Origin: a virus
Virus record (IMG/VR): IMGVR_UViG_3300038299_000184
Location: 63,788 to 127,787 of that record
Strand: one strand, 5' to 3'
Length of the DNA: 64,000 nucleotides
A program made the position numbers and the translations under genes. Positions 20,261 to 31,006 of this stretch are shown one piece after another. Numbering within the stretch: position 1 is the stretch's first letter; every line of letters begins with the position of its first letter. The notes beneath the pieces are model-generated. The model did not search any database and was not told the origin of the DNA. It worked only from the letters and a program-made list of their open reading frames with translations.

Positions 20261-21349
20261 ATGTCTACTGAGTACATATGGTTCAAGAATGGCAAGGAGT
20301 CCAAGAGATCTATCGATGAGGCAGGTAAATTGATACCTCTAGAACAACTAGGTAATAACAGAAGAGTCGAACGAACTTTCAATGTCCATAATAAAGGTGT
20401 TTTAACATCGGAGAAATATTACAAGGGTGATCTACTACACCGCGATGGTGATCTACCTGCCCACACAGAGAATGATGTAGACGGTAAAGTAGAGTTCCAG
20501 ACATTTATGAAGGACGGGGCTAACCACCGTGATGGTGATAAACCCGCACATACAGAATTTGGTGTAGACGGTGAAAAAACAGTAGATTCTTATTATAAAA
20601 AAGGCGAGAAGCACCGTGATGGTGGTAAGCCCTCATTTGTAAAATACTACAGTGGTGGTGGAACTATTTGGGTAGAGAATTATTTTGTAAATGGAGAGCA
20701 TCACCGTGATGGTGATGAACCCGCAGTGGCATATTATGATCATGCTGGAAGGCCAACAATGACCGAATATTGGAAAAATGGAAAACGACACCGTGATGGT
20801 GACAAGCCAGCACAGCTCGAACTAACCATTAATGGTGATATAAAAAAAGAGGTTTATTATAAAGACGGTAAACTACACCGCGATGGTGACAAGCCGTCTG
20901 AAACCGAATATTACTCTGGTGGTAACGGACACATGGAAATGTTCCACAAGGAAGGTAACATGGAGACCACTCGTGAGTACCGTAGTGACGGATCTATGAA
21001 ACTACTGTCCTACTACAAGGACGACGAACCCCATAGTGTTGACGACAAACCCGCTCAGATATATTACAACACCAATGGCGATAAAGACGCTGAGGTGTGG
21101 TTCAAAGACGGTTACGTACACCGCGATGGTGATAAGCCAGCAGAATTGGTCTTTGACCCAAGTGGTGAGTTGAAGTCAGAGGGTTACTACTTCGAAGACG
21201 AGCTACACCGCGAGGGTGATAAACCAGCCTCGATTGTTTACAATGTTGATGGCACTGTCGGTAAAGAAACTTATTATAAACACGGTGAGGAATATGATCC
21301 TAACGAAGAAGTGGAATATTCCGAAACCGAGTATGACGAGGTGGACTAG
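20261..21349 (+). CDS. HRDGDKPA repeat protein, paralogue 5
   Basis: Same leader; about 9 repeats; acidic tail. Confidence 0.85.
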   Translation: MSTEYIWFKNGKESKRSIDEAGKLIPLEQLGNNRRVERTFNVHNKGVLTSEKYYKGDLLHRDGDLPAHTENDVDGKVEFQTFMKDGANHRDGDKPAHTEFGVDGEKTVDSYYKKGEKHRDGGKPSFVKYYSGGGTIWVENYFVNGEHHRDGDEPAVAYYDHAGRPTMTEYWKNGKRHRDGDKPAQLELTINGDIKKEVYYKDGKLHRDGDKPSETEYYSGGNGHMEMFHKEGNMETTREYRSDGSMKLLSYYKDDEPHSVDDKPAQIYYNTNGDKDAEVWFKDGYVHRDGDKPAELVFDPSGELKSEGYYFEDELHREGDKPASIVYNVDGTVGKETYYKHGEEYDPNEEVEYSETEYDEVD

Positions 21350-21867
21350 CCGTAGCCGAGGATTCTCTTACCGTTCTCTGCCTTATGTGTGGTGTGGCTT
21401 TCATCTTTATAAATTAGATTAAAAAGATCTGCACTGAATGGTGCTGAGGCAACAGCCTTATCTAACACCTCTTGGTTTGACAAACCTTTCAAATCTTTAG
21501 ATCCTATAGTACCTTCATTAGTACCCCCAATACTACTATAGTTAACTTGGATTATAGGATTTTTAGAAGGGTTTGATTGACCATAGTTCTTATATCCGAG
21601 TTTCTCACCAGCTCTTACTTTGAAGCCGAGGTATTGTCCTGTTTTAATATACTCCATTAAGTTTCTGGAGTGTACACTGTGTTTATTACCATCCTCATCC
21701 ACGACCAAACCAAATATATCAATGTTTGGTTTGTGATCGGTGGGGGAAGTGGCATTCATAGCCACCAACTTGATAGACCCACCATCCTTGGTTTCTAGAT
21801 CTTCCTCATATCTAGGATGACCATTTGTTTTTAGAATACCTTCGATAACAGTTGAAAATTTGCTCAT
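21346..21867 (-). CDS. Tag-B protein (MSKFSTVIEGIL), unknown cargo
   Basis: Leader plus TAATTA-N5-ATG. Confidence 0.65.
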   Translation of the reverse strand: MSKFSTVIEGILKTNGHPRYEEDLETKDGGSIKLVAMNATSPTDHKPNIDIFGLVVDEDGNKHSVHSRNLMEYIKTGQYLGFKVRAGEKLGYKNYGQSNPSKNPIIQVNYSSIGGTNEGTIGSKDLKGLSNQEVLDKAVASAPFSADLFNLIYKDESHTTHKAENGKRILGYG

Positions 21868-22092
21868 AAATGTAATTAGTATAAATTGTTGAGAACACCA
21901 CTGTTACTACTTCAATAACCTACAGTGGTGTTCCATTTATAAAACGCGCAACGGTTATAGAGTATTGCACATACAGTTTATCAGAATACTCTATCTTACT
22001 AGTACCGTCAACCTGCTCTAAGCGTAGTCTCATATCCTACGAGGTGTACACAGTACCACATAATGACGTGGTGTCAACGCCTAATTACATTT

Positions 22093-22668
22093 ATGTCTGA
22101 CGAATACATTTGGTTTAAGAATGGTAAGGAATTTAGGAGAACTGCTGACGAAGAGGGTGATATCACAACACAGGAGAACCTACCCAATGGTATTGTTATG
22201 GAACATGTAACTAATGGTAATGCTAGTATAAAAACATATAAAAAGAACGGCGTGTTACATCGTGATGGTGATGAACCTGCTAGAATTGTATATCGTGATG
22301 CTTATGATGTAGACACACTAAAAAAGGTGGAATATCATAAAAGTGGGATGAGGCACCGCGATGGTGATAAACCACAATCAATAACATATGATAAATATGG
22401 TGACGTTGAGATAGAACAATACCTTGTCAATGATCAAATGCATCGTGACGGTGACAAACCTGCATACATATATTATTATGACAATGGTGATATACGCACC
22501 GAGGTTTATATCAAAAACGATGATTATCACCGTGACGGTAATAAACCCGCAATTATCAGATATGATAAAGAGGGTAATATAGAGTCAATGAGTTATTATA
22601 TACACGGTGAAGAGCAAGCCAACCAGAGTGATAAGGATTTATTAGACGAGTTGGGTGTTGAACACTAA
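22093..22668 (+). CDS. HRDGDKPA repeat protein, paralogue 6
   Basis: True start MSDEYIWFKNGKE at 22093; 4 repeats. Confidence 0.85.
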   Translation: MSDEYIWFKNGKEFRRTADEEGDITTQENLPNGIVMEHVTNGNASIKTYKKNGVLHRDGDEPARIVYRDAYDVDTLKKVEYHKSGMRHRDGDKPQSITYDKYGDVEIEQYLVNDQMHRDGDKPAYIYYYDNGDIRTEVYIKNDDYHRDGNKPAIIRYDKEGNIESMSYYIHGEEQANQSDKDLLDELGVEH

Positions 22669-22691
22669 GTACATTTACCCTAATTAAATTC

Positions 22692-23606
22692 ATGCCAAAG
22701 CGTTTCAATAGTGCAATAAATATAGTCCTACAGGAATCCAATTTCGTTTTGGATGCTGATGTTGACACCGTCATGGAATTACTACGTATCGATGACATGA
22801 TCCGTGATTACAAAAGTAATCCGACCAGCATGGAGTGGTATGAAGTTTTGAATGATCAATATAATAAAACCCCTCAGTTGTCTACCATGGATTCTGAATA
22901 TTTAGGTGGTGTTGATGCCCAACGTGCAAATCAAAAACTACCAGTGCAAATCAAATTGATGGGCGGGGGTAGGGGTCATGGTTACGTTGCTAACCAAAAA
23001 CTTATAATGTTCATATTACCTAGTGGTGTGGTTAAAGCACTGGGTGAATCTGGTCTGAATAACACAGCGGTTCTTTCCGAGAACCCTAGTTACAGAAAGT
23101 ACTTTGATCTGGGTTATTGGAGAAGTGTAATAGCACATGAACTAACTCACTGGATGGAGGATGCAATCTATGGTGGTAAAATAACCAAGGATAATGATAG
23201 GTTTAAAAATAAGCGCGGGACACTCAACTTGAAGAAAAGCCGACAAGTGGATAAAGCTGGTGAGTTTAGATCTCAAGACAAAATAGATCAACTAGAACTC
23301 GATAAAACCGTGACAGGTGGTATCGAAACCGAAGCGGTCATTGCACAGCTTAAACAACGCAAGAGGACGGTTGGTGCTGAGGAGTGGGATGCGATGTCTT
23401 TCAAGGATTTATATAAACTCGACCCTATACTCAAACACTACATCGACAAAGCCCGAAATGGAACCGAGACAGGGCGTTTTGACAGGAACAAGGCTGGTCT
23501 GTCAGACAAAGACTTTAAAGCGTATATACAGCGTTTAATCCAGAAGATGGATAGAGTTGGTATACTAGGTGCTAGTATGAGAAACCCCGTAGGCGACATT
23601 AACTAA
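22692..23606 (+). CDS. Tag-B protein with zincin-like HExxH metallopeptidase motif
   Basis: MPKRFNSAINIVLQES leader; VIAHELTHW...ETEA. Confidence 0.55.
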   Translation: MPKRFNSAINIVLQESNFVLDADVDTVMELLRIDDMIRDYKSNPTSMEWYEVLNDQYNKTPQLSTMDSEYLGGVDAQRANQKLPVQIKLMGGGRGHGYVANQKLIMFILPSGVVKALGESGLNNTAVLSENPSYRKYFDLGYWRSVIAHELTHWMEDAIYGGKITKDNDRFKNKRGTLNLKKSRQVDKAGEFRSQDKIDQLELDKTVTGGIETEAVIAQLKQRKRTVGAEEWDAMSFKDLYKLDPILKHYIDKARNGTETGRFDRNKAGLSDKDFKAYIQRLIQKMDRVGILGASMRNPVGDIN

Positions 23607-23614
23607 TTACATTT

Positions 23615-24391
23615 ATGTCTACCGAGTATATTTGGTTTAAGAAGGGTAAGGAATCCAAGAGGACTGCTGACCCAGAAGGTAAACTACCCACTGTGGAGAA
23701 CCTACCTAATGGGAGAACCGCAACATATACATACAATAATTTAATAATTGTATCCAAACACATTAAGAAGGGTGGTGAATACGATGGCGGTAATGATCCT
23801 GCTATATCTCAATATGATAGAAACGGTAACTTGTTAAAGGAGCAATATGTTAAGGATGATTACCACCACCGCGATGGTGGTAAGCCAGCAATAATAGGTT
23901 ATAATATCAGTACTGGCAAACCCTTCTTAGAGGAATATTATATAGATGGCAAACGCCATAGGGAAAATGATAAACCCGCAGTTGTAGAGGACTATGCAAG
24001 TAGTGGTAAACATGAGGTGTGGTGGTTCAAAGGTACAATGCACCGCGATGGTGATAAGCCAGCAGACATATCCACCAATAATAAAGGCGTTGTGACACAA
24101 GAGACATGGTATGTTGATAATAAACAACATAGAGAGGGGGATAAACCTTCTGAGTTGCGCTATTGGGATAACGGCAATTTGAAGGTTGAGACATACACTA
24201 TCCATGACGGTATGCTACACCGCGATGGTGATAAACCCGCACAAATTATGTACAACGAGAATGGTGATAAACAGGAATCTCGATACTACGAGGTCGGAAA
24301 TCGTATAAAGGTGGTAGAGCACACTAAGAAAGATCTCACAAAGTCCCAAAAGGATTTTAATGAAATCTCTGATCTGTTGAGAGATAATTAA
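23615..24391 (+). CDS. HRDGDKPA repeat protein, paralogue 7
   Basis: Same leader and repeats. Confidence 0.85.
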   Translation: MSTEYIWFKKGKESKRTADPEGKLPTVENLPNGRTATYTYNNLIIVSKHIKKGGEYDGGNDPAISQYDRNGNLLKEQYVKDDYHHRDGGKPAIIGYNISTGKPFLEEYYIDGKRHRENDKPAVVEDYASSGKHEVWWFKGTMHRDGDKPADISTNNKGVVTQETWYVDNKQHREGDKPSELRYWDNGNLKVETYTIHDGMLHRDGDKPAQIMYNENGDKQESRYYEVGNRIKVVEHTKKDLTKSQKDFNEISDLLRDN

Positions 24392-24761
24392 ATTTACCGA
24401 TCCCTATATATGCCCCACAGATCCCATGCCAAATACCCCACACCAGTAGCCTGTAGACAGAAACCAAACCAGTATAGGTTTGGGTGGTAGGTGGGTAGGA
24501 TGGTACACCACGTTGGGATTGCTAGTGCTAATGCTAGTATGTATAAACGTGCTCTCATTATTTAAGAATTTTCAACCCTGTTACAATCGCACCTATAAGA
24601 CCCACCATCTGCAACCCCAAACCAATGCAGCCCAGCACGTCATAAGGTTCTGGTAACCAGACTAGTTGCCCGAGGGGTGCAATGCCCATTATTAAGAACG
24701 TGTTGAATAGTTTATTTGTCATACGGGTAATCTTATATTATTAATACAGTGGTGTCAACAA

Positions 24762-25487
24762 CTAAAATTCCCCTGTGTGAATTACCTTGATGTTGGCGGG
24801 GTTGATAGACTTCTTAACATAGACAGCATCGAACGTTTTACCACCACTTGCCATAGGGTCATCAAACCTCTCAATACCTTCTGGTAGATCAACGTTCAAA
24901 ATTACAATTTGGTCTTCATCCCAGCGACCATCATCATTACCAGAATCCACAAGCTTGTTCTTCTTATCCATAAACAGGATCTCAGTAATTGATTTAACCA
25001 ATGACATGTCATCCGTGTAAAGTAGGTAGATTCTATCAGCGGGGTGGTTGAAGGTTGTGGTGGTCTCCCTTGGATTCAAACCATTCTTCTTAATCTTATT
25101 GTAGTAGGTTTTGTTGGTGATATGGTAGTACTGCCAACCGTCTTTCTTCTCGTGATTCCTGTCAGCAGTTTTAGGTTCTATTACCAAGCGGTGTTGATTA
25201 GACTTAACTACGTACCAACCGTAAACCTCCAGCTTCTTATTCACAATATCTACGTAATCCGTCAAGTCCACATTTCTTGCAACGATAGCAAAATACTGAT
25301 CATCGGGTTTCTCATCAACAAACAATTTAATGTCGTGCTCACGCTGGAAATACCCTTTCAAGAATTTGATAGTGGTTTCCTTGGGGTATGACTTAATCAA
25401 GCCCTCCTCTAGGGTGTTGACAATATTCTCGATGGCGGTTTCACCAACCACACCAAGACTCTTTATCACATCATAAAATTTACTCAT
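24762..25487 (-). CDS. Tag-B protein with C-terminal ADP-ribosyltransferase-like (Tpt1/KptA-like) domain
   Basis: True start MSKFYDVIKSL at 25487 after TAATTA; YYHIT...IKKNGLNP...RIYL motif. Confidence 0.55.
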   Translation of the reverse strand: MSKFYDVIKSLGVVGETAIENIVNTLEEGLIKSYPKETTIKFLKGYFQREHDIKLFVDEKPDDQYFAIVARNVDLTDYVDIVNKKLEVYGWYVVKSNQHRLVIEPKTADRNHEKKDGWQYYHITNKTYYNKIKKNGLNPRETTTTFNHPADRIYLLYTDDMSLVKSITEILFMDKKNKLVDSGNDDGRWDEDQIVILNVDLPEGIERFDDPMASGGKTFDAVYVKKSINPANIKVIHTGEF

Positions 25488-25586
25488 AAAGTTAATTATA
25501 CACTGTGGTAACGTCCTGTCAACACCACATGGTGTTATGAATTTAAATGTTGACACATGAGAAGATCTGTGTACTTTGAGCTGCAC

Positions 25587-26957
25587 ATGAAGAAGTTAAC
25601 ACATGAGGGTATACAAAAGTACTTGGATGACAACGACAGAAACATAACACTGTTAAAATATGGTGGTGGGTCAAAAGAAACGACATCCTTGTTTAAATGT
25701 GATGAGTGCTCTCATGAGTGGACTACTAGTGTTAGAGGTATTAAAAGGTGTAAGGGGTGTGGGCAATGTGCTAAGTTGAACAGGAAGAATGGGTTAACAC
25801 ATGAGAGCATACAGAAGTACTTGGATGACAATGGCAGAAACATAACACTGTTGAAATACGGTGGTAAGTCAAAAGAATCGACAACCGAGTTTAAATGTGG
25901 GGAATGTTCCCATGAGTGGACTACTAGTGTTGTTGGTATTAAAAGGAGTATTGAAAAGGGTTATGGCTGTCCTTCATGCTCTAACACATTACCCCTAACA
26001 CATGAGGACATACAACAGCATTTGGATGACAATGACAGAAATATAACACTGTTGAAATACGGTGGTCACAGTCTCTCACCGTCCGAGTTTAAATGTGTGG
26101 TGTGTTCCCATGAGTGGACTACTAGTACCAATAACATTAAAAAGGGTAACGGTTGTGCTTCCTGTTCTGGTAACGCACCACTAACATATGAGAGCATACA
26201 GAAGTACTTGGATGACAACGACAGAAACATAACACTGTTAAAATATGGTGGTGGGTCAAAGGAAACGACAACCGAGTTTAAATGTGGGGAATGTTCCCAT
26301 GAGTGGACTACTAGTGTTTTGTGTATGAAAGGTAGTATTGAAAAGGGTTATGGCTGTCCTTCATGCTCTAACACATTACCTCTAACACATGAGGACATAC
26401 AACAGCATTTGGATGACAATGACAGAAATATAACACTGTTGAAATACGGTGGTGGGGTGGCTTATACAGCCCTGTTTAAATGTGGTGAATGTTCCCATGA
26501 GTGGACTGCCCTTGCTGGTAGTGTTAAAAGAAGCACGGGGTGTCCAGCATGTGCCCAACACCAGACCGAGTCAAAGCAGTCTGCTAAGTTCCGTAAATAC
26601 CTAACCGATAACAACTACGAATTTAGAACGGAATACAGATTCCCCAGCATCAAACATAAAGCCCTACTACCGTTCGATTTCTGTGTACAGCTACAAGATA
26701 ACTCAATACTCGTAGTAGAAATTGATGGAATACAACACTTTCAGCCCACCTACTTCGGTTCGGTAAAGGGTAAAACCAAGGAAGAGGTACGGGTATTAAG
26801 AGAACAAAACCTAACCAACACCCAACACCGCGATGGTATCAAGACTAAAGGCATCGCTGACATGAAAGCTGAGGGTAAGCCAATCGACCTATTACGTATA
26901 CGCTACGACGAAGATGTAGAGGAGATATTCGAGGGGTATATCAGTGGTGTGGTATAA
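25587..26957 (+). CDS. Zinc-ribbon-repeat endonuclease with C-terminal Vsr/PD-(D/E)xK-like domain (putative homing endonuclease)
   Basis: Five FKCxxCSHEW...GCxxC repeats; LPFDF...EIDGIQHF...RD..K...LLRIRY. Confidence 0.75.
   Translation: MKKLTHEGIQKYLDDNDRNITLLKYGGGSKETTSLFKCDECSHEWTTSVRGIKRCKGCGQCAKLNRKNGLTHESIQKYLDDNGRNITLLKYGGKSKESTTEFKCGECSHEWTTSVVGIKRSIEKGYGCPSCSNTLPLTHEDIQQHLDDNDRNITLLKYGGHSLSPSEFKCVVCSHEWTTSTNNIKKGNGCASCSGNAPLTYESIQKYLDDNDRNITLLKYGGGSKETTTEFKCGECSHEWTTSVLCMKGSIEKGYGCPSCSNTLPLTHEDIQQHLDDNDRNITLLKYGGGVAYTALFKCGECSHEWTALAGSVKRSTGCPACAQHQTESKQSAKFRKYLTDNNYEFRTEYRFPSIKHKALLPFDFCVQLQDNSILVVEIDGIQHFQPTYFGSVKGKTKEEVRVLREQNLTNTQHRDGIKTKGIADMKAEGKPIDLLRIRYDEDVEEIFEGYISGVV
25597..26555 (+). 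repeat. Five intragenic ~186-201 bp near-identical repeats
   Basis: Recurrent TAACACATGAG...TTGGATGACAA..ACAGAAA.ATAACACTGTT.AAATA.GGTGGT. Confidence 0.85.
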
Positions 26958-26965
26958 TTACATTT

Positions 26966-27334
26966 ATGTCTACTGAGTATATTTGGTTTAAGAAGGGTAA
27001 GGAGTCTAGGAGGACTGTCGATCCAGAGGGTAAGAAGCCCACTATGGAAAAACTACCAAATGGTTTTCAGATCAAATACTCCTACGACGAACAGGATGGT
27101 AATTTAGCTTGGAGTATCTATTCCAAAGATGGTGTATACCAGAGCTATGGTGATAAACCAGCATCTACTGAGTATTATGCCGATGGCACGATTGAGGCTG
27201 AATACTGGGCTAAAAACGGTGAGCACCACCGCGATGATGACAAGCCAGCAATAATAGGATACCACGAAGATGGGACTATTGATTACGAGTACTACTATAC
27301 CGATGGTAGTGAATACAATTTCGTTAAGCACTAA
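26966..27334 (+). CDS. HRDGDKPA repeat protein, paralogue 8 (shortest, 2 repeats)
   Basis: Same leader. Confidence 0.85.
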   Translation: MSTEYIWFKKGKESRRTVDPEGKKPTMEKLPNGFQIKYSYDEQDGNLAWSIYSKDGVYQSYGDKPASTEYYADGTIEAEYWAKNGEHHRDDDKPAIIGYHEDGTIDYEYYYTDGSEYNFVKH

Positions 27335-27342
27335 TTAATACC

Positions 27343-27855
27343 ATGTCTACTGAGTACATATGGTTTAAGAATGGTAAGGAGTCTAAGAGGACTGCTGACG
27401 AACTTGGTAATAAACCTACCGTGGTGAAGTTACCCAATGGTGTGGAGGTAAGATATGAATATCATAATGATGGTATATACAAGGAGGAACATTTCCAAAA
27501 TGGTGAGAAGCACCGCGATGGTGATAAACCTGCCCACATTAGTTATAACAGGGATGGGTCTTTGAGTGTTGAGGGATATTTCCAAAATGGTAAGGAACAT
27601 CGTGATGGTGATAAACCCAGCTATATTGAATATCATATCAGCGGGTCTGTTCATATAGAGGGGTATTACCAAAACAATCTACCACACCGCGATGGTGATA
27701 AGCCAGCGGCAATAACTTACTATAAAGATGGGTCTGTCGCATCCGAAGAATATTACAAGAATGGTAGGAGACACCGCGATGGTGATAAACCATCAGAGAT
27801 AGGTTATAGTGCGGACGGGACTGTGGAATATAAGTACTACCAAAATGGTGAGTAG
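27343..27855 (+). CDS. HRDGDKPA repeat protein, paralogue 9 (premature TAG; family tail YTPKQ continues to 27873)
   Basis: Same leader; NGE*YTPKQ*. Confidence 0.85.
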   Translation: MSTEYIWFKNGKESKRTADELGNKPTVVKLPNGVEVRYEYHNDGIYKEEHFQNGEKHRDGDKPAHISYNRDGSLSVEGYFQNGKEHRDGDKPSYIEYHISGSVHIEGYYQNNLPHRDGDKPAAITYYKDGSVASEEYYKNGRRHRDGDKPSEIGYSADGTVEYKYYQNGE

Positions 27856-27881
27856 TACACGCCTAAACAATAATTACATTT

Positions 27882-28235
27882 ATGTTGATTGATCCAATAG
27901 TTGAATGGGTAAAGGATAAGATAGGTGGTGAGAATGCTCGCACCGAAATAACACTACGTGATAAAACATACGTGGTGTCCTATGCCAAACCTAGAACAGG
28001 ATACGATGCCAAATATGCAATGGCAACTGTGTATGTATCAACTGCTAATAATGAGGTATCACTAAAGCTTAACATATTCGTTAACTTGGATGACGATGTA
28101 CAACTGGCTGATTATAACAACTTGGATGATGTGGTGTCACAGGCAGCATCTAAAACTTTGGACGAGGCTCTATTTGAGATGGAGACCATCATTGCTATGG
28201 GAGACTTTAAAGTCTTCGCAGATCTATTGGTGTAA
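27882..28235 (+). CDS. Tag-C family protein 1
   Basis: C-terminus IAMGDFKVFADLLV; TAATTA-N5-ATG. Confidence 0.7.
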   Translation: MLIDPIVEWVKDKIGGENARTEITLRDKTYVVSYAKPRTGYDAKYAMATVYVSTANNEVSLKLNIFVNLDDDVQLADYNNLDDVVSQAASKTLDEALFEMETIIAMGDFKVFADLLV

Positions 28236-28254
28236 TGGGAACCTAATTAACAAC

Positions 28255-28620
28255 ATGGATATAAAATATGATGACATTGTTACATCATTCACTGCTGCTG
28301 CTGGGGGTAAGTTAAACCCACTGCATGATGCATCAAGTATTCTTGGCGAAATGGGTGATGCAGATGCAACAGCATCCGTAGAGGAAACCGAGGGAACTTT
28401 TGCCGAGGGAACTTTTGAATACTGGGCTTATATGGATTCTATTGATGCTTATATATCATTCAACAAAGTTGGGGAGATCGTGGTCAGTTATGGGGCTGAA
28501 CTACAACCTATAGATGAACACATTAGTAAAGTGTTTACCGACAATGTGGAAGCATGGAGGTTCTTCAAGGGTGTCCTCCTATTGGGTGAATTCTCAGTGT
28601 TCATGGATTTATTATACTAA
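28255..28620 (+). CDS. Tag-C family protein 2
   Basis: True start MDIKY after TAATTA; C-terminus LLLGEFSVFMDLLY. Confidence 0.7.
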   Translation: MDIKYDDIVTSFTAAAGGKLNPLHDASSILGEMGDADATASVEETEGTFAEGTFEYWAYMDSIDAYISFNKVGEIVVSYGAELQPIDEHISKVFTDNVEAWRFFKGVLLLGEFSVFMDLLY

Positions 28621-28628
28621 TTACATTT

Positions 28629-29327
28629 ATGGCTACTGAATACATTTGGTTTAAGAGGGGTAAAGAGTCCAAGAGGTCTGTTGATGAACTTGGTGAGAAA
28701 CCCCTCTCTGAGAAGTTACCCAATGGTGCGGAGGTTAAATATGAATACACCCGCCGAGGTGAGCCTCTCACCAAGGGTGTTTATGTTGATGGCGAACTCC
28801 ACAGTGTTGATGGAGAACCTGCATATATCCAGTACACACCAGAAGGTGACGTTGAAGGTATTGCATATTATAAAAACGGGAAGGGTCACCGTGCTGGGAT
28901 TAAACCCGCGAGTATATTATATTGGGCAGACGACACCAATAATGTATATATGCAGTATTGGTATACGGACGGGGTACTTACTAAAACCACCGAACATTGG
29001 CGGGATGGTAAACTCATGAAAGAGATGTACCACAACTCTTTTTCAGATTACCACAGGGATGGGGACAAACCAGCAGTCACCGTATATTCGATTGATGGTA
29101 CCACTAAGAACTATGAGGAGTATTACAAGAATGGTAGGAGACACCGCGATGGTGATAAACCTGCTGGGGTGACTTACTACAATGACGGTAAAACCATATC
29201 ACAGGAGATATGGATGCACGACGATGAATGGCACCGCGAAGGTAAACCCGCGATCATAAGCTATGACCGTGATGGTAATGTAACGGATGAATCCTATTAC
29301 GAAAACGGTATAGAGGTAGACCACTAA
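28629..29327 (+). CDS. HRDGDKPA repeat protein, paralogue 10
   Basis: MATEYIWFKRGKES leader; repeats. Confidence 0.85.
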   Translation: MATEYIWFKRGKESKRSVDELGEKPLSEKLPNGAEVKYEYTRRGEPLTKGVYVDGELHSVDGEPAYIQYTPEGDVEGIAYYKNGKGHRAGIKPASILYWADDTNNVYMQYWYTDGVLTKTTEHWRDGKLMKEMYHNSFSDYHRDGDKPAVTVYSIDGTTKNYEEYYKNGRRHRDGDKPAGVTYYNDGKTISQEIWMHDDEWHREGKPAIISYDRDGNVTDESYYENGIEVDH

Positions 29328-29685
29328 TACAACGCCCATATAACCACTACATTATAATTGTACAAACACCCCGTGGTGTGGCTGACAGGGCTTCCTAATA
29401 AGTCCGAACATATGATGTAGACGTACTGCTACACCACTGGTATTGTAGGCGTACTGCTACACGTACACTTACTAATATGCTTACCGTATAGATACGAGTA
29501 CTGTTAGATACGTGGGCGGCTGCTACGGGGTGTCGTAATAATACTCCACTAGTGGCATTACCAGTGGTGTTCATCGGAACAATCCTCTGGTGTTAAAAAA
29601 TACTGTTGAAAATTTTTACTGTAGAATTTTTTGGGTGCGGGATTTCTGTAACCCATATTTTACAGTACTGATATTTGGGATTTTA

Positions 29686-30108
29686 CTATTTGATCTTATA
29701 AAACACCACATTGGGATCGATACCCTCAGTGGTGTTGTAGTAGTAATGTTTAGTAACCCCTGCAATCTGCATTGCTAATAAACGGTGATATCCATCATCC
29801 AGATATCCATCATCCCCGTTAACTACTAATGCACCTAAATCACCACCTTCAGAAATCCTCTTTATATGGTATCCAATAGAATCACTGTCGCCCTCGTCCA
29901 AATCATCTTTGATGGAATCCCAATGATCCGCTATATCCCTCAAAGTAATACCTGCCATTTTAGAGGCAGCGTTATGATTGAAGTGTTCGTGGACATCCAT
30001 AACGTGGACATCCAAATTGACATACTGGGGTTCGCCGTAGTCATACGTGACGAGTTCGGTTTTATAGGACTCGTTAATAGTATTGATGGCACTCGTGAAC
30101 TTACTCAT
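29686..30108 (-). CDS. Tag-B protein with ParB/Srx-like domain
   Basis: MSKFTSAINTINES leader; LDDGYHRLLA motif. Confidence 0.6.
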   Translation of the reverse strand: MSKFTSAINTINESYKTELVTYDYGEPQYVNLDVHVMDVHEHFNHNAASKMAGITLRDIADHWDSIKDDLDEGDSDSIGYHIKRISEGGDLGALVVNGDDGYLDDGYHRLLAMQIAGVTKHYYYNTTEGIDPNVVFYKIK

Positions 30109-30922
30109 ACAGACTTAATTACTACATTAGAACACCACTAATATCAATACTAAATTTCTATTGTAATTTTACCAGTGGTGTGAAACTTCTGTGTAATTTT
30201 TTTATACTGTAAAATTTTTGGGTTACCATTTGTAATAACCCAAGTAGGGATACCCGTATTTTCATTTGTATTTTTACGGGGGTATTAAAAAGTGGTGTCA
30301 CCCAAAGTGCATTGACTCCGAATAAACACACCACTTATTTCCATTATATCGAAAATTCCACGACTTGTCAAATAAATAAACACTTTATTTTCGAGGACAC
30401 CTCTTTTTATTTAGTCAAGTAAAAAATACGTCATCATCAAAAATAAACATCATCGATAAAATAAGTCATCATGATAACTAAACACCACTGGTAATCAGTA
30501 CTCGATCCAGTACTCAGTGGTGTCCAGTACTATCACCGTATCAGCACACTAACAGGTACTGTATCCTTATGACCACACCACTGTAGTATTATAGGTAGCT
30601 GTTAGAGTCTGATACTCCTACTGTCATAAGTCATTGAGCCTTAACATAGACATCATTACGTATGTTGTATTAAGTTATACAGATGGTACTGATACTCAAT
30701 GAGTTACAAGTACACCACTTAGTAGCTGTATTAGTACTGATACTAAGCTGTTAGAAAGTGGTGTTCACTAACAGGTACTGATTCCTTATGAGGGTATGAT
30801 CTGTTAGCTTCGGGGTGTAAGTGGGGTGGTATGATAACTGTATAGTTATAGTATGATAACTGGGAGATATACCAAGTGGTGTAGTGGTGTCTGTTAGATA
30901 GTTGTTAGAGAGAATTTAGTGT

Positions 30923-30951
30923 TTGACATGTGAATGCCTATGTGGTATAAT
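30923..30951 (+). promoter_or_regulatory. Perfect sigma70 consensus promoter with no downstream gene
   Basis: TTGACA-N17-TATAAT with extended TG; points at hairpin GAGGGAG-AACG-CTCCCTC (30981-30998) and the tandem array. Confidence 0.7.
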
Positions 30952-31006
30952 GGAGGGGTGGAATGTGGTGTGTAATTTGTGAGGGAGAACGCTCCCTCGT
31001 AACCCA

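Noticed and set aside
26826-26837. CACCGCGATGGT inside the endonuclease gene matching the repeat core
   Set aside because: Encodes the QHRDGIK segment expected in this nuclease family; a single 12-mer match can be chance.
17229-29327. Diversity-generating retroelement behind the repeat family
   Set aside because: No reverse transcriptase in the window and no near-identical template/variable pair differing only at adenines.
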